64,000 nt of DNA, taken from positions 7,254,001 to 7,318,000 of the forward strand of contig NC_043021.1 in the NCBI RefSeq assembly GCF_006345805.1, read 5' to 3'. Positions 12,852 to 24,290 of this stretch are shown here, one piece after another. A model generated the notes under the pieces. That model saw only the letters and a program-made list of their open reading frames with translations, ran no database searches and was not told the DNA's origin. Position numbers and translations under genes: made by a program. The stretch's first letter is position 1; every line of letters begins with the position of its first letter. Source of the DNA: Octopus sinensis (lineage: Eukaryota).

Positions 12852-13295
12852 CCACAAAAAATGGTATAAAGGCTGATGGCGTTTCGTTTTTGCCCTTTGT
12901 TTCTGATAAAAATCGTTCAGGTCGGAAATTTTCTGGATCACCCCAGATTTCTTTGTCTGTCATTACTGAACCAAGATTGGGGATGATAATGGCCTCTTTT
13001 GGAATCGTGTATCCACCAAATGTAATGTCTTTTGGTGTCTGCCGTCCAAGTAACAGCTGGACAACGTTGCCTCGTCGCTGAATTTCCATTACAGATGCAT
13101 CAAGATATGGTAGACGAGACCTGTCGTTGAGTGAAGGCAGACGATCGTGTTCTACATTTTCGTCAATTTCTGCTTGAATCCGTTTCTGGACATCAGGATA
13201 GTGCAACATATAGACAAGGGCCCACAAGATCGTTGATGTGGTGGTCTCTGTGCCAGCTATTAGAAGGTCACCAATTACTTTACACAGCTGTTCTT
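12852..13295 (-). CDS. Cytochrome P450 clan 2, coding exon 3 (I, K helices, PERF)
   Basis: Acceptor tattgcag|AA, donor GTGG|gtaagt; 444 nt, phase 1-1. Contains GDLLIAGTETTT (I helix), EIQR (ExxR) and FRPERF. Confidence 0.97.
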
Positions 13296-13395
13296 CTGCA
13301 ATATACAAAAAAAATAATGTAAGTAGGAAGACTATTAGGTGTAGATAGAAAGAATTTCAACTGACGGGAGTGAGAGAGAAAGAGAGAGAGATGTA

Positions 13396-13925
13396 GGCGC
13401 AGGCGTGGCTGTGTGGTAAGAAGTTTGTTTCTCAGCCTCATGGTTCTGGGTTCAGTCCCACTGCGTGGTACCTACTCTAACTTCAGACCGACCAAAGCCT
13501 TGTGGGTGGATTTGGTACAGGGAAACTGAAGGAGATAGTCATGTACATGTGTGCATCTCACGACCGCTTGACAACTTAGCGGTTTGACAAAAGAAACCAA
13601 TAAAGTACCAAGCTTAAAAAAAAAGTACTGGGATCAATTTCAATTCGTACGACTAAAATTTTACAAGGCAGTGCCCCAGCATGGCACAGTCAAAATAATT
13701 GAAACAATATAGTCTTTTCGTTTATTCTTTTACTTGTTTCAGTAATTTGACTGCGGCCATGCTGGAGCACCGCCTTTAGTCGAGCAAATCGACTCCAAGA
13801 CTTATTCTTTGTAAGCCTAGTACTTATTCTATTAGTCTCGTTTACCGAACGGCTAAGTTACAGGGACGTAAACACACCAGCATCGGTTGTCAAGCGAAGT
13901 TGGGGGACAAACAGACACACAAACA
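13396..13925. mobile_element. Two family A SINEs tail-to-tail (+ 13396-13707; - 13715-13925)
   Basis: Head ggcgcaggcgtggctgtgtggtaag on +, immediately followed by the reverse-complemented 3' half. Confidence 0.8.
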
Positions 13926-14254
13926 TGTATATCATAACAGTGCAGAGAAGGAGAGTAATGTGGTGGGTGTTTTAACCTAGTATATGTGTACATGTTATGC
14001 AGTGGTTAAACATTTTCCGATGTAGAACTCAATGCAGAATGTGTGTGTGCGTTTATTTAACGGTGTCTCGGCGACTACTGAGAGACAAGCGCGTGTGTCT
14101 GTGTGTGTGTGTGCGTGTGTACGCATGAGTCCATATGTAACTAAAAAAAATGTTAAAGATTGAAATAACGGAACAGATTACTAAAATATACTTGACTTTG
14201 TGGTTAGTAGTAGTTGTAGTACCTAATCACCTTATAGTACACTACCACCGTTAA

Positions 14255-14301
<47 letters not shown>

Positions 14302-15706
14302 TCTTGCCCAAGCCCTACGTCACCTACACATACCCTCCATCAAACCATCTCACATTACCAACCCACCACCACACAAATATAACCCCGACCATACTCACAT
14401 TTACAAATGAAACTTCTAAACTTCCTTAACCAGCAAGGTCTCCCCCACTCACCCTCCCACGTACATATACCTCCTTCCTCTAAATACAGATTAATCAAAA
14501 AAGGAAGAAAAAAAAGGAAAAAAATTTTCGGTGTGGCGGAGGCGGAACACTGGGAGGAAAAAAGGAGAATTGGAAGAAGTTTTCCGGTGTAATGGTCAGT
14601 CAATTTGGCTGGAGTGTGCATGTACTTAAGAGTGGAGCAGCGGATGTTTGACAACTCTCACACGTTTAAATACAACCTATCAGCTTGTTTCGTTTGAAGC
14701 AAAAACTCAAGACTAAGTGTATGTATGTATGTATGTGTATTTATGTGTATGGAGGTCATTTAATTTGACCACATGACCAGCACTGTCCTAATTACGAAGA
14801 ATTTGGTTCAATGTTTTTTAAAGGGGGAAGTGGAAGGCGAAAGGAGAGGTAGCGATGTGGGGGAGATAGAATTAGAGAAATTGGGTTAATATTTCATCTC
14901 AAGGATTGCTTCCTGACAGTTCTACCTCCTTTTTTTAAGGGGGAGGAAGGGTGGTAATTGGCGGTGGCGGTGGTTTGTGTGTTGTGGGGGGGGGGAGTGT
15001 TGAGCATGATGTTTATACATGAGTATACATACAAAGATACGTACATACTAAAATACGCACAGACGTGATACACGGATATACATATAGATATATATATACA
15101 TACATACAAATATACGTAAATACATATACGCACAGAGATACATACGATGCACACATACACACACACAATGCGTACGTATGTTTTAAGTGCGCTAGATCTT
15201 TTTTCATTTGGGTGGTTATGTGCAGTGGAGTAGAATGTATTCATAATCCTATCCCACACAAACTATGTAAGGGTGAGGTTTTAATGTGTGTGAGTGTGTA
15301 TGCAGAATAAGTAGTGCAGAGCGAATATAAATATTCCAGCGGTAATATTAATTAAGCAGTACTATTCAAGCTTATGAATGGACTTAAATCAACATTTCTC
15401 ACACAGATATACTATTTTTGCTTTACTATTACGACCTCAACAAACACACACACACACACGGTGCATTACAGAATGCAATGATAATGTAGTTTGTAATATC
15501 AAATGAAGTTTTTTGAAATGTTACCTAAGAGATATTTAAATAGTTCTGATAGTTCAAGAAAACTTCCCCCTAGCAAAAAAAAAAAAAAATTAACAGAACG
15601 AGAGGCTGATACAGAAATACGTTCACTGGGTTAGCATGCCGCAGAGTGCCAGCCTTAGGTATATTTTCCTTTTTAAAACTGCTGGGCGTACTAAGGTGTC
15701 CATTTG

Positions 15707-16450
15707 CTTTAAATATCCTAATTGCTATTTCATTATTTTAGATTCACCCAAGGCGACGCACTGGCAAAATCATTAGCGCATCGGACAAAATACTTCGCAG
15801 CACTTCTTCCGACTCATTACCTTCTAAGTTCATTTTCTGCCGAGGTCGACTTTGCCTAATCCACGCGGGGTCAATAAAATAACAGTTTAGAACTGGAGTC
15901 GGTGGAGGTAAAGAATACGCACACCACCCGTTTTTGGCGTAGCTCTAACCCTAAACGCCGAAAATGAGTGGGACGCGTATTCTTTACCGTCGCCCTGGAG
16001 TCAATGTAAAGGACTTACCCCTCCCCAAATATTGGTAGCCTTGTACCAAAATTTAAAATCATTATTTTAAATTCACTTAAGGCGGTCAGCTGGAAGAATT
16101 GTTAGTGCGTCGGACAAAATGCATAGCAGTATTTCTTCCGACTCTTTACGTTCGGGGTTGATAAAATAAGCTCCAGTCGAGTAGTGGGGTCGATGTAATT
16201 GACTATCCCCCTCCCCCAAATTTCTGGCCTTGTGCCTTTGGTAAGAAAGGATTATTATTATAAAGCAGCAAACTGGTTGAACCATTAGCGTGTTGGACAA
16301 AATGCCTTAACAGCATTTCTTCTAAGCTCTTTATGTTCTGAGCTCACCTTTCAGGATCGGTAAAATAAAGTACCAGTCAAGCACTGGGGTGGAATGTAAT
16401 CGACGAAACCCGTCCCCTTAAAACTGCTGGCTTTGTGCCAAATTTTGAAA
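15707..16450 (+). mobile_element. Head-to-tail cluster of SINE family B copies
   Basis: Repeated aaggcgg..gctggcagaa heads and ..aaattgctggccttgtgccaaa tails at roughly 15750, 16078 and 16262. Confidence 0.7.
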
Positions 16451-16879
16451 CCATTTTAGCTAAAAAGGTTTTTTAATGGTTGAGAACCACTGACAGTTTA
16501 GAGTCTATGGGCCCCTTTCCTTTGATCCCTATTTTACTCTATTGGACCTTCATAGCCATTTAATGTTTAAAATATCCTATTACATTTTTATAATTAAATA
16601 TCATTAGGAATTATATAAAAATATAGAAATATTTTGTGTATAATAGAAGTATAACTAATTTATTGCACAAATTTTAAGAGCAAAATTAATGGTACCTGGT
16701 TGAGATTCACTGCTCTAAGGAAATGTTAAATTGTTTTTATAACTACATTACGCAATGCCTTCTATAACAGTTTTCTGTATATATTTGCAATGCTTCCAGC
16801 AAACTACAATATTTGTAGGATTAACCCCAACCAATTATTTTTGTTTTAGAAAAAAAGGGTTTCTTTTTGTGTTATTTAC

Positions 16880-17401
16880 CATTTAGTGATGTATCGGGAT
16901 CCGTTTTTTCTCTCTGTTTCATCTCTTTGATGTAAGCATCGATGAAGTCTTTGATGTTTGTTTCTTCGTATTCTCTCATGTGGTCGGTGACGGCAGTCGA
17001 CAGGAATTCCTCCATGTTTTCAATGTTCTTGAAAATCTTTTTGAATTTGAACGGATCGCCGGGCAAATGTTCCAGCATGGGGAAAAAGTTAACGATGGCG
17101 CTCAGACCAATGTTCTTGAAGTTCTCATCGATACCGTGGACGTATTTCTTAAACTGTGGGTTGTCGTAATCGAACCTGCGACCGAACATAAGTGAACAAA
17201 TCACGTTGGCCACCGCTGTCTGCACCAAATCATGAGCATCGAACGGCGTATTCACGTTGCTATCCAGCGCCTTGACAAAAGCTGTCACTTCCTCGTGCAT
17301 TCGATCCTCCATGCTGTGCTGACCGAGACCAAGATCTTTGAGCACCCGCAGCGTCAACTTCCGTTGTTCTCGCCAAGTCAGGCCATTCGTACATACAATA
17401 C
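16880..17401 (-). CDS. Cytochrome P450 clan 2, coding exon 2 (C to H helices)
   Basis: Acceptor aattttcag|GT, donor AATG|gtaaat; 522 nt, phase 1-1. Reads (G)IVCTNGLTWREQRKLTLRVLKDLG (WxxxR)..AVANVICSLMFGRRFDY..DFIDAYIKEM. Confidence 0.97.
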
Positions 17402-17625
17402 CTGAAAATTGTTAAAAAGAAAGCATAAAACGAATGTAAAAATATTTGCATTTATATTGAACAAGGTCTGCATAGTATATTAAATTATGAAAACATTAAT
17501 GGGTTTGTTTCCATAATGGATGTGCATGGACATGACCAGCCAGTGTAAGACAAAGATCAGTGCATTAACAGGTGGCTTCGACTTGTAGTTATCAGTAAGA
17601 ACTTTGGCCCTATGCCCACAATATA

Positions 17626-17847
17626 CGAGGGGTGCTGAAAAGTGTACGAGCGGGTGTTTTACGGGTGTCGTCAAAGGCCTGGTTGGAGGCCCAACCTTTC
17701 AAGTTCTTTTACAGGGCTTAGAAAAACTGAAGGACTGCTGCAATAAGTGTATGAATCTGAGAGGAGAATATGTTGAATAAAATCATAATTAACTGATCCT
17801 CCAGTATTTTCTTTTACTCAAAGCCAAGAATTTTTCAGCAACCCTCG
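17626..17847 (+). mobile_element. Mariner-derived MITE with TA target duplication
   Basis: TA|CGAGGGGTGCTGAAAAG ... TTTTCAGCAACCCTCG|TA. Interior encodes LQGLEKLKDCCNKCMNLRGEYVE*. Confidence 0.85.
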
Positions 17848-18156
17848 TATGTTGTTTCTCTTTAATCCGTGGTAGCACTAATCGGACTGACATATGATCA
17901 AAGACATGCTACTTATGATAATATATTTTTAAGTATGTGAAGCAACAGGTTGCAAAACTTAGACCTGAGCTTCAATGTTGGTGCTCTAAATATAATCGTC
18001 AATGTGATATCGCTATTGCTGGTATAAGCCAAAATTCTTACTGATCAACTGCAAAGCAGATCCATTCGTTAATGGTAGATAAAAAAAAAAAAAAGAAAAG
18101 ATTGCAGCGTTTCCTCGATCGCACAATTAATCTAACCAATCAAAGGCTCCCAACAC

Positions 18157-18640
18157 CTTTAAATATCCCAATTGTCGTTTCGTTATTTTAGACTCAACTT
18201 AAGGCGGTGAGCTGGCAGAATCGTTAGCATGCCGGGCAAAATATTTAGAGGTATTTCGTCTGTTTTTTATACTCAGTGAGTTCAAATTTCGCCGAGGTTG
18301 ACTGTCTTTCATCTTTTCAGAGTCGATAAAATAAGTACCAGTTGAACACTAGGGTCGATGTAAACGACTTAATCCTCCCCTGAAATCGCTAGTCTTGAGC
18401 CAAAACTTGAAATCATTAGTTTCAACTCAGCTTAAGGCAGTGAGTTGACAGAATCATTTGCGCGTCGAGAAAAAAATACTTAGCAGTATTTCTTCCGATT
18501 TTTTAGGTTTTGAGTTCAAATTCCGAAGTCAATAAAATAAGCCCCATTTGAACAACTGAGGTCGATATCCGCTCCTCTTAAAATTGCTGGCATTGTGTCG
18601 AAATTTGAAACTATTACATTAGACTCACTGAAAACGATCG
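18157..18640 (+). mobile_element. Head-to-tail cluster of SINE family B copies
   Basis: Copies starting ~18201 and ~18433 with shared linker (t)tagactca(a)cttaaggc. Confidence 0.7.
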
Positions 18641-19207
18641 ACTAAAGGCAATCATGCAACGCTTTTGGTTCAGATGGAATAATCCCGTTTACTCATAGTT
18701 CTAACTGACTCTACGTTCGCGACATTGGTGCATTAAACACTTCTGTATTTTTTTGAACAAAAACAATAGCGTATAAGTGTGCGCGTGTGTGAACTTTCAC
18801 AAACAACAATTATTCACACACACACAGCTACATGTATATATGAGTGTGTATATTTTTACGCACACTTGTGAATACGGTATGTGTGTGTGTGTGTGTCTGC
18901 GTGTGTGTGTGTGTCTGCGTGTGTGTTAATATCGAGCGCTGAGAATGAGTGTTTAACGCTTTACTGATGGGTAAAGATTCTTTATTTGAGGATTAAGGCT
19001 ACCATTGGTTTCATGTAAAGGACGCACTCAACAATTATCAAGCCAATCACAAGGAACATTAGTGTTTTAATCTAAAATGGAAACGAACACCGATGTTCCA
19101 TGCCATAGGCTTGATGATTGCAGAGGGTTTCCTTAGCAGGAAACCAATGGTTGTTTTAATCCACAAATAAAGTGTGTGCGTGGCGTGCGCGTGTACACAC
19201 ACACATG

Positions 19208-19625
19208 GCATAGAGGTGCTGGCATGGCTGTGTGGTTAAGAAGCTAGCTTTGCAACTACGTGGTTTCGACTTCAGTTTCACTGCACGGTACCTTGAACAA
19301 GCCAATGCTCTGAGTGAATTTAGTAAACGGAAACTCTCTGGAAGCCCGTCGTGCGCGCATGCGCGCGTGCGTGCGTGCGTGCGCGCGTGCGTGCGTGCGT
19401 GCGTGCGTGCGTGTGTGTACCTTAATTCTTTTACTTGTTTCAACCATTGGAGTGCAGCTATGCTGGAGACCCGCCTTGGGATTGTTTTAGTCGAACAAAT
19501 CAACCCCAGGATTTATTTTTTTAAGTCTAGTACTTTTTCTATTAGTCTCTTTTTCGGAACCGCTAAGTTACGGCGACGTAAACAACAACACTGTTAAGCG
19601 GTGACGGGGGAGAGGGGCAAACACA
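19208..19625. mobile_element. Family A SINE head (+) joined through a (GCGT)n repeat to a reversed family A 3' half
   Basis: + head 19208-19350; - tail 19425-19625. Confidence 0.65.
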
Positions 19626-20676
19626 GACAAAAACACTCACACAAATACGAGTGGTAATTGAGGTTCAAACCACCGGTAGTTCAGATACTAATTTAAACCA
19701 GTATCAGTTGAGATATGTAAACAGTGCCTCTTTCTCTACTGTATAATTCAATTCAATGCCCTGGTCATCTGTAACCTAAATGTAAAAATTAAGCGTAACT
19801 GTCCGATAAAAATCTATTGTTAAAGTACCCACACTCGTATGGTATGATGTCAAGTGTCCACTCCTACTCATTGTATGTACCATCATGTGCCCACTCCAAC
19901 TCAATGTAGAGTCAAGTATCCAGTTTAAGTGCTCTACTTAGAGCCATATCTGCTCTGGGTTTGAACATGTGCTTACACGGATATACGAAACACACATACA
20001 CATTAACATACTCACTCACACAAACTCTTGAACACTTGGTCTATAGGTGTGGGAAGAAAATCCAGTAACCATCAAGTAAGGTCATACATACATCAGCGAA
20101 TTTCAGCTATTGTCTATCAATGGTATATTAGACGTTTACATGTGTTTACGATACATCAGTGGTATTTTTTCAAAGTTTTAATTATATTTGATGTTGATTC
20201 TTGAGAAAGTTTCATTTTGCCATGACGTCTTGGTTCCATTTCACTTTTTATTTTATCAGTCAACACGCCGGACAAAATACCGAGCGGTATTTCTCCCGAC
20301 TTTTCAATTGTAATGACGTCCGTATAAAACTGAGCGACACGGAATGTTTCAAAGGAGACAGGAAAAGAAATTCGGGATTAAATTTTGTTAGTGTGGTATG
20401 TTTGTCGGCGTGTTTGTGTATTGTTTTGCATTCAAATTTCGCCGAGGCTGACTTTACCTTTCATCTTATTGTTCGGAGTCGATAAAATAAAGTATCAGTT
20501 GAACACTTGAGTCGATGTAATCGAATAATCCCATAACCTTAAAATTAACTAATCGCTTGCTTAATTGTTCAGTCAATTGCTCAATCAGCGAGTTTGTTGG
20601 ATTCCTTTCGCTGACATTCGGGACCTCATCTACAATATGCCTTCTCCACACAAAGCAAAAAAAAAAAAAAAAAAAC

Positions 20677-20793
20677 CCCTGCGAAAACGGTCTTGCAGAT
20701 AAACTCCACATCATTCACCATCCTACCCACCAACTTAAACAGAACGAACTAATTGCCGCTTGCCAAAAACATGGTCAACATCCCATCTTGGAA
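20677..20793 (+). mobile_element. Possible Penelope-like element C-terminal remnant
   Basis: PCENGLADKLHIIHHPTHQLKQNELIAACQKH resembles, from memory, the C..C..EK..I..HP...LN.RNEL.S.CRH end of GIY-YIG Penelope ORFs. Short and degenerate. Confidence 0.45.
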
Positions 20794-21161
20794 ATTTCAA
20801 AGAAAGCTATGATCTATTCTAGCTTACAGTGTCATTCATTCTTTTCCGTTCCAAATCACCGATCATACGAAAGGTCGATTGAGCGAAAAGCCAGTACGTG
20901 CGGTTGAATAATACATATCCACCACTCAAACACATACACACAAAAAAAAAAAAAGAAACGAACCAAAAACAAAAATACATACAAATATACTTGCTTCCCC
21001 ACCTTACTTTTCATACTATCACATCACCTACCATTACCATCCACATTCAGAAACTACAAAAACATGAACGGCATCATAAGACAGCACTTAGAGTTTAAAC
21101 ACGCCCACCCAATCATTCATGCGCGTGCCTATTCGTGTGTTGTCCTCATACGAGTGTGCGT

Positions 21162-21193
<32 letters not shown>

Positions 21194-21824
21194 CATACAT
21201 ACATATCCACACATACACGCCTGCGTGTGCGTGTACAGAAGAGTAATAACTATCACTGCTGGTAGCCATTATATAATAGAGGTAGATGTGCAGGGATAGT
21301 AATGGCGATTAAATGTGTTAGGAAGTAAGGGTGGGAGAGAGCAGAAGGGTGACTGTGTAGGTGGACGGGTAGATGTATGATGGTGACAGTTTAATTTCGA
21401 TGCAAGGAGAGACGAAGTGGGATGAGAATAATGATAACAACAGCAGCAGCAGTGATAGTGTTCGTGGCGGTTGAGCCTGGGTAGCAGGGTGAAGGGTTTT
21501 CCTGGTGTTTGACACCAAACCGAACAGCTAAAAGAACATGTACCAGAAGAGGGCGTAGTTGATATATAGACAGCCGTTGTTGTTACTGTTTCGCCTTCAG
21601 TTGAATTTTGATTAGGTGGACATATAAGCAACGGTATTCCAGCCATGGCCATTTCGTTTTTTTTTTTTTTTTTTTTTTTAAGGATTGTATCATCAGATGC
21701 AGAATAGGAAGATATCATAGTGAGGAACGTATTATATGGATGTAAACAGTTTTTATGTTCTGCTTAATAAAGATGAGGGAAGCTAAACAAAAAATTTAAG
21801 TCAGTAATATTTTTTTTGCGAGAT

Positions 21825-22275
21825 AAGGGCGGTGAGTTGGCAGAATCGTTTTAGCACCTCGTAGAATCGTTAATGCATCGGACAAGTTCCAAGTTCAAAA
21901 CACACTGAAGTCAACTTTGCCTTTCAATCTTTCGTAATTGATATATTAAGATAACAGAAAAGTGCTGGGGTCGATGTAATCGACTAACCACTTTCCCCTA
22001 AAGTTGCTGGCCTTGTGCCAAAATTTGAAACATTATTATTACAAAAGAAAAGGCGACGAGCTGGCAGAAACGTTTGCAAGCCGGACAAAATGCTTGGCAA
22101 CAAACATTTCGTGCGTCTTTACTCTCTCAGTTCAAATTCCAGCGAATTTGACTATGCCTATTTTTATCTTTACGGGGTCGATATTATAAGTACCAGTTGA
22201 ACGCTAAGGATCGATGTAATCGACTTGTCTCCTCTCCCGAAATCGTTGGCCTTGTACAAAAATTTGAAACCAGTA
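21825..22275 (+). mobile_element. Two tandem SINE family B copies
   Basis: Heads at ~21826 and ~22050, each ending in ggccttgt.c.aaaatttgaaac. Confidence 0.75.
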
Positions 22276-23446
22276 TTATTATTAAAGAAGTCACTCGTGT
22301 ATGCTTTTGAAGGGATATTTTAGCTATCATTTCTAGTAGGTTAATCAACAACTACAAGGGAATGAAGAGGTGTAGAGAGAGAAATATTTCAGAGAAGGTC
22401 GTCCATCAAGTAAAAATGAACCCATCAACCTTATTTTCTTCCCCTCCACCAGTGAAATGCTGGCCTCATTTGATTTCCTGTCAGACGCTAACATCTCGAG
22501 TCTCTTTAAATTTGCAGTTCGATTCATATCGACACTGATCACCCCCAGTCCACCTAATCCACCCATACTAGAAAATTTCTTTCACATGAACACAAAGACC
22601 CCCTCTACCTAGAACCGGGCCTTCACTGACTTAGCAATTCTAATTACTTATAAATCAAACAATTCACTTCATCAAACAACATTGTTTGATCGTGGAGCTT
22701 AGTGTATCATGGGTCTTTTTGATCAGAACCGACCGGGAGTTATACAATAACAGGTGTACAGAAATTAGACAGTGGAGAGAGTACAACATGTTAACCACAC
22801 CATGTCGAGGTGTTCAGCAGACCAGTGATTCTAGAGGCGGTAGTGATAGGGGAGGGCTCGCAAGAAGATTGAAAAGGATGCGAACAAATCGCCACATTCA
22901 ATAAAATTCAGATGGTTTTAAATGTTTTGGCGTTAACAAACGAAGGTGGACATAAAAGTAGAATGTTTCTTTAGGAGTATCAAGTATTTGTCACTTTGAG
23001 AACCACTGCAGTGTCGTCAACTTGGTGCACTTGTAGAATCAGAGTCTACAATAGATTGGAAAGGAAGGAGAGAGTGTGCATTTGCCCAAACTGTAACAAT
23101 GTATAGTATAGTCACGATCTTCCACTAGGTAGGAGCATAGAAAAGCCGAAGCAATGAGATCGCATCTAATTGGTGATTAATTACTGACGTGCCATAGAGT
23201 TGTTCCCAACTAGAGTTGACCTCAAGATCCGAGGTGACGCACTGAACAAATAATGATATCGATCTAAGTGACTGGTACTTTTTCTTTATTGCACTCAAAA
23301 GAGAATTGCAAAGACGATCTAGGTAGGATTTGAACTCGTAAAGTGTCATAATTACATAATACTGCAAAGCATCTAGTCTGACACTAACGATTCTGCCAAT
23401 CCATTGCGTTGAGATGACGACGACAACCACCACCACCATTCCAAGC

Positions 23447-23670
23447 TAAGGAGGCAGCCTATGTCATGTCACTCGACCTGCTAGATATAGCAGTCACATT
23501 TTCCAGAAATCGCATCCTACGATCTTAAAAATAAGGAAAGGGCACTGTAGTCTTAGATAAACTATATACAAAAAAACAAAAAAAGAAAGTGTAGAGATGG
23601 TCACGGTTGGGATACCTTTGATTATAGTTTTAGTCGGCCCAAGTTGATACCTGGGGCTAAACAACAACTA
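23447..23670 (+). mobile_element. Unclassified retroposon family D (ends ggggctaaacaacaac)
   Basis: Many further fragments, e.g. 24889-25090 +, 38690-38910 +, 26500-26720 -, 49365-49565 -, 48650-48850 -. Confidence 0.65.
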
Positions 23671-23769
23671 CTACGAATTTAAACCAGTTCGCTGAGTCAT
23701 GGAGTTGCTGCGTCATCATCTGGGACAATACCGCTGCTACGAACAGATGTCCAGTACCACATTTTGGGA

Positions 23770-24060
23770 GGGGCCATTCGAAAAATTGGCCTTCAATTAC
23801 TAACGGGTACACTCCAGCCTCTGGTCGGCGGTTGCGCTGTCTTGTCTGTCTTTTCTAACGCTACTATAACAGTCTCTGTTCTTGGGAGATGGCTAATCTC
23901 GTGCCTCCTACTAAGACACACCTGGTCTACTCGTCTCTCCACCTCATGTCACCCTTGTTGAGTACAACCGTCCCTCCTTCAACACTATCCATTATTCCAA
24001 ATCCTTTAACTCCAGAACCTCGTTCCTTTGAAATGTCCGCCTCGTGCACGTCTTTCATGC
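23770..24060 (+). mobile_element. Decayed CR1/L2-group LINE, C-terminal RT region
   Basis: Across frameshifts: GAIRKIG..LTGTLQPL..RYYNSLCSWEMANLVPP..STRLSTSCHP..HYSKSFNSRTSFL*N. This matches the RAIRLI..LQPL..RYY..CS.ELA..VPP..TR..HP..Y..SFF.RT..LWN pattern. Confidence 0.7.
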
Positions 24061-24253
24061 AAGTACTGGTGGGACCATAGTATTAGTCGCATTTGCAAGG
24101 ATTGTGGGCAATGCTTTTTCGGACTCAGCAAATAAATGAATATATGTATATAGTCAATCGAAAATGAAAATATAAAAAACAAAACAACAAAGGTCAATAG
24201 GACGTACACAGAGAATGTATTGACGCTTATTTTAAGATGGAGAAAAAGAGAGG

Positions 24254-24290
24254 GTGTACAACGTTTCGAGCATGGCTCTTCGTCAAGAGG
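24254..24290 (-). ncRNA. Degenerate minimal hammerhead ribozyme motif (Penelope/retrozyme type)
   Basis: Minus strand TTGACGA-A-GAGC-cat-GCTC-GAAAC-GTT: core one base off CUGAnGA, 4-bp stem II, GAAA. Stem I does not pair, so probably inactive. Confidence 0.5.

Noticed and set aside
16880-17401. Recursive-splicing potential because exons 2 and 4 begin with GT
   Set aside because: Fully explained by split Gly GGT codons; no independent evidence.
22345-22680. Possible L1/Tx1 RT C-terminal remnant (GGLG motif)
   Set aside because: Only a four-residue motif with frameshifts and stops; too weak to call.
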